64,000 nt of DNA, taken from positions 744,001 through 808,000 of the forward strand of contig ML978129.1 in the NCBI GenBank assembly GCA_010015805.1. The letters are read 5' to 3'. Shown here in pieces: positions 36,211 through 47,020 of the stretch. Made by a program: the position numbers and the translations under genes. Every line of letters begins with the position of its first letter. Position 1 is the stretch's first letter. The notes under the pieces were generated by a model. The model ran no database searches. It saw only the letters and a list, made by a program, of their open reading frames with translations, and was not told the origin of the DNA. Source of the stretch: Rhizodiscina lignyota (Eukaryota).

Positions 36211-36722
36211 TGTATGAATGAGACGAGATGAGCTTCTTTTAGGTATCATTCACCGTTTTCCCATGCTATAGAAGTTTTCTACGTGACCACTGTGATGAGA
36301 TGGGTTTGCCTAAAGTATTTCGTGTATGAGTGTTGGATTTGATTGTAGGATATTTCTGTTGCACGAGACTCGTTCGTGATTAGTTACTATGAAGGCTTCG
36401 CTGCGGAACCTAAATGCTTGAACAGTGTTTGGCGATCTTATGCAGTCGCTTCTGAGGCCATTGTATGCCATGTTAAGGAACGGCTCAGCACCATTAGAAG
36501 CAACCGTTTGACTTCGCGGCTGTAGAGTATCCGCGTAGCTTGAGTCGAAAAGTACCTAGTACGGCGTATCTCACTCCAGATGATGAGCAAATATATCCGC
36601 CCTTATCATTCGAGCCAAGCGAAGTGAAGTTGCAAAGGAGTACTCCTACTCCGTAATCGGAGAGTGCTCATAAGGAGTTTTGACTGTGGTCCACCGTAGT
36701 GCTCCACTAGGGTAACGCCTGA

Positions 36723-36742
36723 ACGCGAACGCGTCGACGCGT
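36723..36742. promoter_or_regulatory. MCB (MluI cell-cycle box) cluster upstream of dUTPase
   Basis: ACGCGA (36723-36728) followed by ACGCGTCGACGCGT (36729-36742), i.e. two perfect ACGCGT sites forming a 14-bp palindrome about 35 bp before the ATG. Confidence 0.75.
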
Positions 36743-36776
36743 CGATCCAATTCTCCAATCACTTCCACTTTTGAAA

Positions 36777-37584
36777 ATGGCCTCTATCAACGACGGTAAT
36801 ACAACACCAGCAGTCGAGCACGACCCTCCATCGCTCCCTCCTTCTCCAGATCCGAAGCGCGTGAAAGGAATTGACTCCTCAAACGCCACCTCCATCGCCG
36901 CCATAGTGGAAGATAGAGCTTCCGCAAACGCTACTCCCACCCCTTCGCTCCTTCCCATCCATTCGAACGGAACAGCACACGCGAATACGCACGCTCACGC
37001 TCACAACGTAACGGGCATGCCTTCAGCAGCGCCAATGCATGTCCCAGAGATCTCTCTCGAGGTCAAGTTCCTCTCAGAGAAAGCCCGCGCTCCAACGAAG
37101 GGCAGTTCGCTCGCAGCTGGTTACGACGTCTACAGGTAAGTTCCTTCTGCTTCCCCTCTAGGCAGCACGATCTAACCCTCCCAGTGCACACGACACCACC
37201 ATCCCCGCACGCGGCAAAGCCCTCGTCGACACCGACATCGCCATCGCCGTTCCCCCAGGCACCTACGGCCGCATCGCGCCGCGCAGCGGTCTCGCAGCGA
37301 AGCACTCGATCGACTGTGGTGCGGGTGTGATTGATGCCGATTACCGTGGGCATGTCAAGGTGCTGCTGTTCAACTTCTCAGATGCAGACTTCCAGATCAA
37401 GGAGGGCGACCGTATCGCGCAGTTAATCCTCGAGCGAATCGTGAGCCCGCAGGTCGTAGTGGTCAAGGAACTCAGCGAGACAACAAGGGGTGCGGGCGGG
37501 TTTGGTAGCACTGGTGGCTTTGGGGTGATTGATGCTGCTGCGGTGGTTGCGACTGTGCCAGCAACGAATGGGATGGCAGCATAG
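36777..37584 (+). CDS. DUT1: dUTP diphosphatase
   Basis: [14 protein letters not shown], intron about 37136-37184, then [28 protein letters not shown] and [10 protein letters not shown]. All five dUTPase motifs are present. Confidence 0.96.
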
Positions 37585-37781
37585 AATTGGGTTGGGTATG
37601 CGGTACACGGACTGGGCGTTCTCTGTTTAGCTATCTGGGAAGCTTGCTTAAGATTCAACTATCTTGATACACTAGGTTAGTAGTAAAAGACCACATCTGA
37701 TGATATAAAATGTCGCTATACAAAGCAAGTCGCCTCATTTGAGTCTATTCCCCCTTCTCGAACCACCAAAATTCTTCACCG

Positions 37782-39170
37782 TCAAGCAGTCTCTATATGT
37801 ATCGCACCCTCCCCATCCCCGCCTAATTTCGTTACTCCAAGTTCATCCGGCTTTCTTCCGTTCTCGGTTGGGGTACCATTTTCCAGCTCCACCTCTTTCG
37901 CTCTGAACTTTTCACTCCACTCTTCCGGCGCCTTCTTTAACAGCCCAACATTCCTTACAACCCTCACTTCGGCTGCCTTTGTACGCAATAACCGCCTCCT
38001 CTTCTCGACTGCTTCTCGATCTTCCTCACCCTTGCCCAGCCCCTGCACAGCATTCTCCAGCCCTTTCAGCTCCTCTTGCATCGCCTCATACGTCTTGACT
38101 AGCACGGCCTGCATACTCGCCAGCACCTTCTCTACCGCTTTAGCTAGCGGTAAGTCTGTCGAGGCGACATCGTCAGGGCTCGTCCAGCCGCTGTTGTTAT
38201 CTACGTGGGCGGATGCGGCCTCGGCGCGCAGACGGGCGACGGTTAGAGCAGCGAACATGTCGCCGGTGCCGGAGAAGAAGACGGGAATAGCGGGGATGTC
38301 GATGCGGAAGAGGCGCGGGTGGAAGGATGATGTCGCAGAGGAGCCTATGCATGTCATTGTTTCTTGTTCGCCAGGCCCAAGCTCCGGGGTATCTGTTGTG
38401 GACGGTAGTGTACGGCCTGTTAGAGGATGGAGTCGGATAGATGTTATTATAATGTGCGGTATGCGGTAGATTGTGTGAAGGACACGGATTGCAGTGGCGA
38501 GGGATTGCACGTCTGTGATCTTGGTGCCGGAGAGTAATTCGGCTTCGAATTGGTTGGGGAGAATGAGGTCCGCTTCTCTGAGGAGCGACTTGTATGCTGG
38601 AACTTCATCTTCTGGTATGTACAGGCGGCCGTCATCGCCCATGACGGGATCGAGCACCCAGAAGAAGCTGCCGGGTTTTGTGGTCGACTTGAATCTCAAT
38701 TCCCTACCAATCTTCCCCACTGCTTCTACTGCTTCCGCTGATGGTGTGTATCCGGAGAGGAGGACATCGAAGTCGGTGAGGTACGATTGCTTGAGGCCTT
38801 CGTAGAGTTGGAGAATCTCTTCGGCAGTGGTTTTCCTGCCTTTAACTTGTCTGTAGCCGGAGTGGTTACCTATATTCAGAGTCAGGGTGGTCAATTGAGA
38901 TTGGTATCATCCTTCATACTGTATTGCACTGTATTTATCGCAGTGACCTCGCAGCCGAGCGATTGCATGATGAAGGAGGCCATGGTATTCCCGACATAGC
39001 TGTGGCACTACTTAGATTCACATTGTCCAAAGATTCTGGCTTTGCTCAATGTTACCCGTATGCCACCTGTAAAATCAATCAGCGACGGTGACAGCGATCT
39101 TTGCTCTATTACCTACATGGCTCGCAATCGCTAGAACTTTCGTCTCAGGAACGTCAAGCTCTTCCGCCAT
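37782..39170 (-). CDS. BUD16: Pyridoxal kinase (Bud16-like)
   Basis: MAEELDVPETKVLAIASH + 11-nt exon VAYG + YVGN, then NHSGY, LDPVMGD, PNQFEAELL and GTGDMF. Confidence 0.92.
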
Positions 39171-39534
39171 GGTCGCGCAAAAGAGTCAATGGTCTACACT
39201 GGAAAATAATTGAAGGTTGAGGATTGAAGAGAGCACGCGACACAATGTAAGGGAGTATTATGACTTCTTTCTGTTTATCGCAGAAGTTCCGCTGCGGGTG
39301 ACGTCGGCATGAGCTGCCCCACGCCACAAAAATATTGCCCCACGTTGACTAATTAGGAGACGCTTAAACAAAGATGCTCGAGAATGGATGAAGGAGAGAT
39401 CCTGACCATGGTCGCACACCAGTTCTAAACAGACTATCATGCCGATCTCGTCCATGTCTGTCCCGTCATGTAAGACATTTTTACATCCCCTTCCCAGATA
39501 TACCGATACCTTCAACGCCAGCAGTTGCACGCGT

Positions 39535-40582
39535 CTACTGGTTCTCGTCATCGCCAATCTGACGACTTTGTTAATGCATGGCTTGTGAAAATAGAGGGCA
39601 GAGCACTTTACCTTTGGCGCCAGATAGAACCTCAAATAGCTGTTGTTCGCGAGCCCGTACTCAACCAGAAGAGGTACCTCGTTGGACAGGCAGAGTTTGA
39701 CTGAGTCGGACAAGCCACTAGCCTTGCAGAAGTTGACGAGATATTTGAGCGAGAATGTAAGGGACACCGGCTCGGAGAGGTCAATCTCGACGTTCTGAGA
39801 AGGCTTGTCGACGTTCTGGTGCGGTCGAAGGGAGACGGATCCGGAACCGATGTCACCGGCGCAGGTGAATTTGACGCCCTCCTTCGTGCACTCGATTGCC
39901 ACTATACAATAGATTAGTTTATTTTCATTAGATGCATAAATAGCGTGTGATATCATACCAGACTCAGACAACGCCATCAAGTCCCTGCAGATCCTCTGAA
40001 ATTCAGCCGCTGGCATGGTGATGTTCGCCGCATACTCCGTCTCCGGGATACCCAAGTGCTCTTGGTCGATATCCATGAGCTTGATGTCATACTCGCTCAG
40101 CCTATCAGCCTCCGCGCTCTCAAACACCAGATTGACAACATCTGGCGCGTCCTCCGCCTTCAGCGTCAGGATGTCTTCGTTCTGAGCGCAGCGAAGCACC
40201 TTTGTGAGAGAGGTCAAGTTGATGCCGAGCGCGATATTGCGGTCGCAGCGGAAAGGAGAGAAGGACTCGGACTTGAGCATCATGGAGACGAGGGCGACGT
40301 GGGAGTTGTCCATGGCTTGAAGGGCGATACCAGAGTCATTGCAGTCGAAGTTGCAGTCTTGGACGAGATCTTTGATCGCGTCTACAACCTAAACAAGGTT
40401 AGGGACTGACTATAGGTAGATGAGACATTCCCACTAACCTTCTTCAACAACTGCGCTTGTTCGACTGTGTATTTGTTAGCTATTGCCTCCTGCAGAAGGG
40501 ACGGGGAAACGAACGGCGAGCTTCGAGCACTATGGACAGGTCAGAGTTAAATTTCAAACGATACCATTAATGTTGACTCACT
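39535..40582 (-). CDS. POL30: Proliferating cell nuclear antigen (PCNA)
   Basis: A|TG start split by intron 40581-40530. Further introns 40514-40465 and 40438-40389 give [32 protein letters not shown]. Then [25 protein letters not shown] and [19 protein letters not shown]. Confidence 0.97.
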
Positions 40583-40681
40583 TTTGATAGATTTCGAGTG
40601 TGGGGAGGAAGCTTAGGATGGGTGAGTTGCGATGAAGCTGGTGGCGGTTGAATTGTGAATTGGCAGGCAGCAAATGTGGGA

Positions 40682-40725
40682 GGCGCGATAGTGACGCGAA
40701 AAGAGCACACCGGACGCGACGCGAC
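40682..40725. promoter_or_regulatory. MCB/SCB-like CGCG cluster in the PCNA promoter
   Basis: GGCGCGAT (40682), ACGCGAAAA (40694-40702) and ACGCGACGCGAC (40714-40725), 100-145 bp upstream of the start. Confidence 0.65.
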
Positions 40726-41285
40726 TTGCAATTAAGCCGCTTATACTTCGGTGAGCGCCTTTCCTTGCTGTAAGATATAATACAGTACACACAGTGTAAT
40801 TTTCGGGGCTTGGCGCCAAGCTCTAGAATATCGACGTATCTTAAGAGTCCGCTGACACGCGACCTAACTTGGCTTCCACCGAAGCCAAATGATCCAGTAT
40901 CTATTGCATTCCCGTTGCCATGTCTATTTTATGTTCAAACACTGTGATACTGCTACGTCGTAGAGTGATGAACTACAGCAGAGTACCACACAGCCCATTG
41001 ACAGCCAAGCATCTTCCGAGCTCAGCCTCGTGGGGGTTTCAGCTCGTCAGCCTCAAATGCCACAGCTTCACATAAATCTCAACCTGTTGTTCCTCACATT
41101 CTTATCACATTTCGTTTTCGGGATTTCATATCTTTTTTCAACTAGTATGTCCTTCCACCGCCGAGACATTGTCATCTTTGCAGAGAGTCGCATCGAACAA
41201 TCAACAATACAAGCAGTACCAGGCATAAAGCCTCATCGGGTGCGCATCGGGTGCATTGTAAGAACTCATGAAGCAATCCCCTAGA

Positions 41286-43273
41286 ATGGATCAGAATAAG
41301 ACGGAAGACTGCTGCGGACTTTGCACCTGCAGATATTCGAGTTCTTGGGAGGATGTTGGAAACGCTAAGGCGTACGATTATGGTTACCATCCACTCTATC
41401 GTTGGATTGCATCCTCTGCAACTTGTCCAATATGTAGATTCGTCGCGCAGTTCACGTTCCGTGTGCTGGGGACAAGTGATCCGAATGAATTGATTACACT
41501 ATCGTCCTCTCAATGCGGCCCTACCGTTCTCGCTATTGGGCTGCAGTGTGAACCACGTAAAATGCTTATTTATAACGACAGAAGTAAGTGAAATTTCGTC
41601 GCCTGTTGGTTAACTGTACTTACTGATCGATCCCCATTGTAGCGAGTCAAAATCCAATAGGCAGCTTAGCTAATTTGGGAGACTTTCCAATATGTTCTCG
41701 ATCGGAGCATTGTTTGAGGCTTGCGCGAAGTTTGCTGTCTGACTGCCGTCAATCTCATCGTCTTTGTCGAGACCCAAAGACAGTCTCAAATCCTACACGA
41801 ATCCTCGACATTAGCCAGGAAGATACAGTTGTACTCGTTGAGTGCCTGATTGGTCTTTTCGCCGAACCTTACGTCGCATTAAGTCACTGCTGGGGTAGTT
41901 CACGAACGTTGAAGACAGAGCGAACGAATTTAGAAAGCCACAAATCGGGGATACCTTTAGCTCTTCTGCCAACTAACTTCCGCGATGCCATAGAGGTCTC
42001 TCGACGTCTCGGTTTCCGCTACCTTTGGATTGACTCCCTCTGCATCATCCAAGACTCTAAAGAAGACTGGCATCGCGAATCTGCCCTTATGCTCACTGTG
42101 TATGAGAACGCGGACCTAGTTCTGGGCGCGACGTGCTCAAAAAATTCAATGGATGGATTTCTTAAGCAACGGTCTGGGATTCAAGGAACTGTAACTATTA
42201 CGGATGCTATCAGGCCCTCGACTTCCACAATACTACGATACCGGTCGGAAATTCGCCATCAATATGCATACACCAAAAATACATATAGTGGTGGGCCTTT
42301 GGATCATCGTGCGTGGGCCTTCCAAGAGAGGGCTCTCGCCCGCCGATTCCTCTCCTTTGCAAACGATGAGATCGTGTGGTCCTGTAGAGTGGGCTCCGTT
42401 TGCGAGTGCGAAATGTTCAATTTCTTGTCGATTAACGATAAACATTGGAAGAACGATTACAACATAAGAAACATGCTGGATCAATGTACGGATCAGAACA
42501 AGGTCTATAGGAAATGGCGTCAAGTCGTTGAAAGATACAGCGGTCGCCACCTCACCGAAACTAGCGATAAGCTGACAGCCTTATCTGCAGTTGCGTCCCT
42601 CTTCCATGGCAAGCTGCAAAATGATGAGTACATCGCTGGTCTCTGGAAGAATTCATTGCTATCTGACCTAGTTTGGGTTCCATCGAACAAAACAGGACCT
42701 GCACCCATCGCAGATACACAAGCACCCTCATGGAGCTGGGCCTCACTCGACACCGGGGTCTCTTGGCCTGGTCCCGCTTACGCCATTCCTTTCGTCCCAA
42801 CAGCGACCGTTGTTGGTCTGTCATGCAGCCCGTCATCCGTGAACATGTTTGGGCAAGTCAAAAATGCTCAGATATCGCTCAGGGCTAGGTTTCGTGAACT
42901 GGTGATTATCCGTCAAGGCCACATCGGCTATTGTCAAAATTCACCAATGTTTGAGTGTGCTCGATGCCAATTCGACACGTTGACGTATCCTGCAGATACG
43001 AGCACGGCTAATGGGAATATCATTACGGAAGGACGGCGGCGTATCTCTGGCAATGCGACAATTGTGGCCGCGGAAGAAAAGGTGCTTACAATGGCATTGG
43101 GGGTTTATCTCGGCTACAAGGGCCAACTTGTTTACCGAATACACTATTGTATGCTCCTAGGATTGGTCTCCTCAGATCCACCACTTTTTCAAAGGATTGG
43201 CATTGTGGACTTCAAGGACTTGACAGGAAGATGCATGGATCACTGGGAGAGCAAAACAGTCACGATTATTTGA
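41286..43273 (+). CDS. HET-domain (heterokaryon incompatibility) protein
   Basis: Exon 1 is Cys-rich (CGLC, CPIC). Intron 41584-41642. Then C...H..C, PTRILDI, YVALSHCWG, YLWIDSLCIIQD, LDHRAWAFQER, YIAGLW and APSWSWAS. Confidence 0.92.
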
Positions 43274-43408
43274 ACTTTGCTAGGAAAGACATCATCGAAC
43301 ACGGCTTAATTTGGTCCATGTCATGACATTCATAACCTGCGAATCCTATGTAGAAGCTTGGGATAACCAAAATATATGCAAATGAAATTTCCACGCCTTC
43401 CCACTCTC

Positions 43409-46400
43409 TCAAGAAATCATCGACCCATCCCAATTTCCCCATCTACACCCACAACCTCCGCTCCCGCCATCCATACCACCCGGCCCACCATCTTGCGTGT
43501 CAATCGTAATGTTCTGAAACGGCTTAGTAGGATTCACCAGCGTCCCCTGGAATCCGCGGTTCTCAAAATATAGCAGCTTATCCGACGGCACCGGCCTCGA
43601 CTCCTCATCCAGCCCGTAACAAAAGACCATCTTCCCGCTCGGCGTGCCGCCATGCCTGTCCGTCGTGATGGTAATCGGATAAGGGAACGAGCCTGGGCGT
43701 GCGAAGTCATCCGCGAGATTGGTACTGCTGTTGGCCGAGCTGTTCGTCGAGGCGGACAGAAGCTGGCCTTGTCCGGCTCTCGTCCAGATCTGCACGAGGA
43801 ATCGCGTCTGCGTCCATGTGCAGGTCGCGACGGCTGCGTCCTTTGTGCTGCCGCCGTTCTGGTCGGCGGGGAGTTGGCCAGGGTCGGTTTTATGGGTGTC
43901 AGTTATACGCACGGACTTGAGGAAAATGCTGCGGTCGAAGTAGGTGTAGAAGCCATAATGCTCCTGGTCAGTACCACGGTTGTGGAGTTTGAGAGGTTGT
44001 GAAGAGGGGAGTGGCGACGGAAAGAGGTTGGCCGGAGCGGCTGTGCCATCATCGAGGACGTTTGGCGACGGAACTACTGTTGCAATATCGGCTGTGGAGG
44101 TTGACTGAGACCCAGACGAGGTACGCGTTGGAGTGCTACGCTTCGCTTTGCTGTTGAGGCCGTTTTCGGCATCAGAGAGGAAGGAGATGAAGAAGGGAGT
44201 ATCTTCACCCTGGAAGGGCTCATCGTTGTGGTCTGTTGTATTGCCCAAGAATGCCTGGTCCTCCTCGCTAGGCGGCGAGGGCGACGGCGTGAATGGAGAT
44301 CCACCCAGATCACGCTTGAATCGGAGAGGCTGGGTCGAAGTCTTGTTCGAGATGGTGTCGTTGCTGAAGCGAATCTCAAGCCTGAGGCTCGGCTGATCTG
44401 GTCCACCTGGCAAATTTGCTTGCTGGTCTTCTTTCGGTAAGTCACAACTCCACATTTCTGTAGGGTTGATGCATCCGTCGACCTTTGCCAGGAGGGTTGG
44501 TTGAGCAACTGTCATCTGTCCAGTCGGCATTGGTGGAAATCCTGTCAGATTTAGCCACTGCACCCGAGTTGCTGTTGCGCTGCTTTTTGGACTGCTGCTG
44601 CCTGAGCTTGAATGCTTCCGTGTCAGAGTAACAACAAGGACGATAATGATAGCAATAACAACCAGGAAGGAAAAGCAGATGCAGCAGAGCAGACAGCGAC
44701 GCTTCTTCTTCTCCTTCTTTGACTTCCTCCCGCCGCAGCAGCCACGCGATTTCCCTTTTCGAAGCTTCTCATTCGATGGCTCATCTGTCTCCCAAACGGA
44801 ACGGACGTTTGTGTCGATTGGTGGAGGAGGAAATGCCATCCTGGTTGTCTCTCTCTTTGTATACAACGATGGATTTGGAAAATTTGTCGGGAAACTCGTC
44901 ATTGGAGGCGGTGAGATCACTGCAGGAGCAACAGTTTGGTTTGCGTGCGTGAAGTCGACGCGACGAGGTCCTTGCTCGCGGAGAGGTAGGTCAGTAAGTG
45001 GCATAGGTGCATTGGGCCGGAAAGAGTTGAGCGACATAGTTGGAGTGTTGTCGACTGCTTTGGCAGAGTGTACGGTACCCATGGCGGCTGTCTCCACGAT
45101 AGGAGTTTCCGTGCGTGCTGACAATGGAGAAGTCATGCGGTTGAGACTATCCGGACGGTCGAACTGGAAGCTGTACGTGTTTTGATTGTCGCTGCGCTTC
45201 TCATAAGTCGTAGTCTGTGGTTGCACATATTCAATCGCTTCTTTATGCGCCTTTTGCTCTGGTCCAGACCCATCATCCAAAACAAGTGGAACGTCTCGAT
45301 CATTCGGACTGAAGACGCTCCCTTGGCTACCGTTTTTGACATGCAACGTATCCGGTGCCTTAACGAGTCCTAGCCCGCGACCAGCGGAAGACGTTGATCC
45401 ATGTTGACTGTCATGTCTTTTATGTGTATTTTGTCCTTTTGTAGGGCTTGATTCCGTCAAGTGAATGAACATGAGTGGCTGCGCTGTGTCTGTAAAGCCA
45501 GAGGCAGTAGGATTCTGGTCTCTGCTGTCCGGATGAGCCGCAATTCCATCAATTTGAGAATCGATGCCCCTATGCGTAGTGGACTGTGTCCGTGGAAGGG
45601 TGGTGACTGGAGTAGTCCTACTCTCCTTCCGTTGGATCTCATAGCGACTGACAGCTTCTCGAATATTCGGAACTTCCGGAGCAGGCTCATTCTCCTCTAT
45701 CGGAGATCTGAACACCCTTGTGCCTGGTCGACTAGTTTCAAAGGGCGTTGTGATGACATTCCACCAGCCTTTGGACCTCCTTGGTGTTGGAATCGTGGTA
45801 TCAATCTCAAGGTCGTTTGATCTCTTCGCGAAGCGTCGTTTGAACGATTTCGCCGATTCTGGTGTATTGTCCTCTTCGAAAATCGTTCCCGCAGACATGG
45901 TTTGAGTTCGATATTTCTTGTCTTCTTCCTCCTCTTCAAATGTTGTTACAGCAGAATCACGTGGATTCATCTCAGGGCGTGATGTTTGCTCAGAAGTTGG
46001 CCACGCTGTCACCGGCTGTGATGCAATACCCACAGGCAACTGTGGCATGGGAGGTGTCTCCGTTTGTTGATACGCGGCATTTGATCGTAATGTGGCCTGT
46101 GAATACACACTGGAGGCAGGCCGTGGTCGTGGAGGTTTGTATTTGCTCTGGTTGGTTTGAGGCATCGACCAGCCCATGTCTTCCTGAGCTGGTGTGACGC
46201 GGATTGTTGGTGTTGTTGCAGGTGCGTTGTTCGCCGAAGTTGAAGTATTTAGAAGATTTGGATCAGAAGAATGATCGACTGACCCAAACAGAGCGATTGG
46301 AATGGCTTGATCTGAAGGGGTTATGTCGTCCGCATAATCGTCGCTGGCTGCAAGCCGCGGTGGTCTCTGACTTGACAATATGGTTCGCTCTTCAGCATCG

Positions 46401-47020
46401 TTTCTGATGCTCCTGCTGCCACAAGAGCGTCTAAGCAGCGAGGCTTTTGGAACCAGGCCACCACCTGCTACTCCATCGTTCCTGTTGTAAAATGATTGTG
46501 GAGGCGGGAAGACCTGCTGCGGAGTCGAGCCGCGGTGGCGTGCCACGCCGGTGTCGACAGTGATACCAGGTCGGAATGGACGGCTATAAGACTTTGGCGT
46601 TGATTTTGACGGGTTCCTTCTTGGATCCCCCCTCTTGCTAAACGAGCCTGGCTGCCTCCTCCGGGTTGAGCCGCTCGATGATCTAACACTTTCATGTCTT
46701 TCCATTTTCCGTATACTTCCTCGGCCAGGTACCACAGCAAGTGCTGGGCTTTTCAAGTCCCCTCGTCCGACGGCAATATCATACGGTGGTGGCGTGGATT
46801 CGTCCCAAGATATATCCGTAGCTGCAGTAGCAGGTGTGTATGGAAAGGGAGATGTAGGGTTTGTGCCTAATCTGTTGTTCGAGAAGAGATCCATTCTTTG
46901 TTTAGAAGTGTTGAAGTCTGTCAGTCCGGAGCTTGATGTATCCGCAACCAGTTGTGGTGCTATAGGGTGAGGGGTGTGGTGGTCTTGGGGGTGGGAAGAC
47001 ATCACCACCTCACTAACCAT
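43409..47020 (-). CDS. Large single-pass membrane protein of unknown function (1203 aa)
   Basis: Intronless ORF with a disordered N-terminus, basic/Cys cluster KKKRRCLLCCICF, hydrophobic LVVIAIIIVLVVTL, and a C-terminal domain with WLNLTGFPPMPTG, YGFYTYFDRSIFL and GGCGCRWGNW. Confidence 0.85.
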   Translation of the reverse strand: MVSEVVMSSHPQDHHTPHPIAPQLVADTSSSGLTDFNTSKQRMDLFSNNRLGTNPTSPFPYTPATAATDISWDESTPPPYDIAVGRGDLKSPALAVVPGRGSIRKMERHESVRSSSGSTRRRQPGSFSKRGDPRRNPSKSTPKSYSRPFRPGITVDTGVARHRGSTPQQVFPPPQSFYNRNDGVAGGGLVPKASLLRRSCGSRSIRNDAEERTILSSQRPPRLAASDDYADDITPSDQAIPIALFGSVDHSSDPNLLNTSTSANNAPATTPTIRVTPAQEDMGWSMPQTNQSKYKPPRPRPASSVYSQATLRSNAAYQQTETPPMPQLPVGIASQPVTAWPTSEQTSRPEMNPRDSAVTTFEEEEEDKKYRTQTMSAGTIFEEDNTPESAKSFKRRFAKRSNDLEIDTTIPTPRRSKGWWNVITTPFETSRPGTRVFRSPIEENEPAPEVPNIREAVSRYEIQRKESRTTPVTTLPRTQSTTHRGIDSQIDGIAAHPDSRDQNPTASGFTDTAQPLMFIHLTESSPTKGQNTHKRHDSQHGSTSSAGRGLGLVKAPDTLHVKNGSQGSVFSPNDRDVPLVLDDGSGPEQKAHKEAIEYVQPQTTTYEKRSDNQNTYSFQFDRPDSLNRMTSPLSARTETPIVETAAMGTVHSAKAVDNTPTMSLNSFRPNAPMPLTDLPLREQGPRRVDFTHANQTVAPAVISPPPMTSFPTNFPNPSLYTKRETTRMAFPPPPIDTNVRSVWETDEPSNEKLRKGKSRGCCGGRKSKKEKKKRRCLLCCICFSFLVVIAIIIVLVVTLTRKHSSSGSSSPKSSATATRVQWLNLTGFPPMPTGQMTVAQPTLLAKVDGCINPTEMWSCDLPKEDQQANLPGGPDQPSLRLEIRFSNDTISNKTSTQPLRFKRDLGGSPFTPSPSPPSEEDQAFLGNTTDHNDEPFQGEDTPFFISFLSDAENGLNSKAKRSTPTRTSSGSQSTSTADIATVVPSPNVLDDGTAAPANLFPSPLPSSQPLKLHNRGTDQEHYGFYTYFDRSIFLKSVRITDTHKTDPGQLPADQNGGSTKDAAVATCTWTQTRFLVQIWTRAGQGQLLSASTNSSANSSTNLADDFARPGSFPYPITITTDRHGGTPSGKMVFCYGLDEESRPVPSDKLLYFENRGFQGTLVNPTKPFQNITIDTQDGGPGGMDGGSGGCGCRWGNWDGSMIS

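Noticed and set aside
36578..36690. ATGATGA box C-like motif (possible C/D snoRNA)
   Set aside because: No box D (CTGA) with a terminal stem at a suitable distance.
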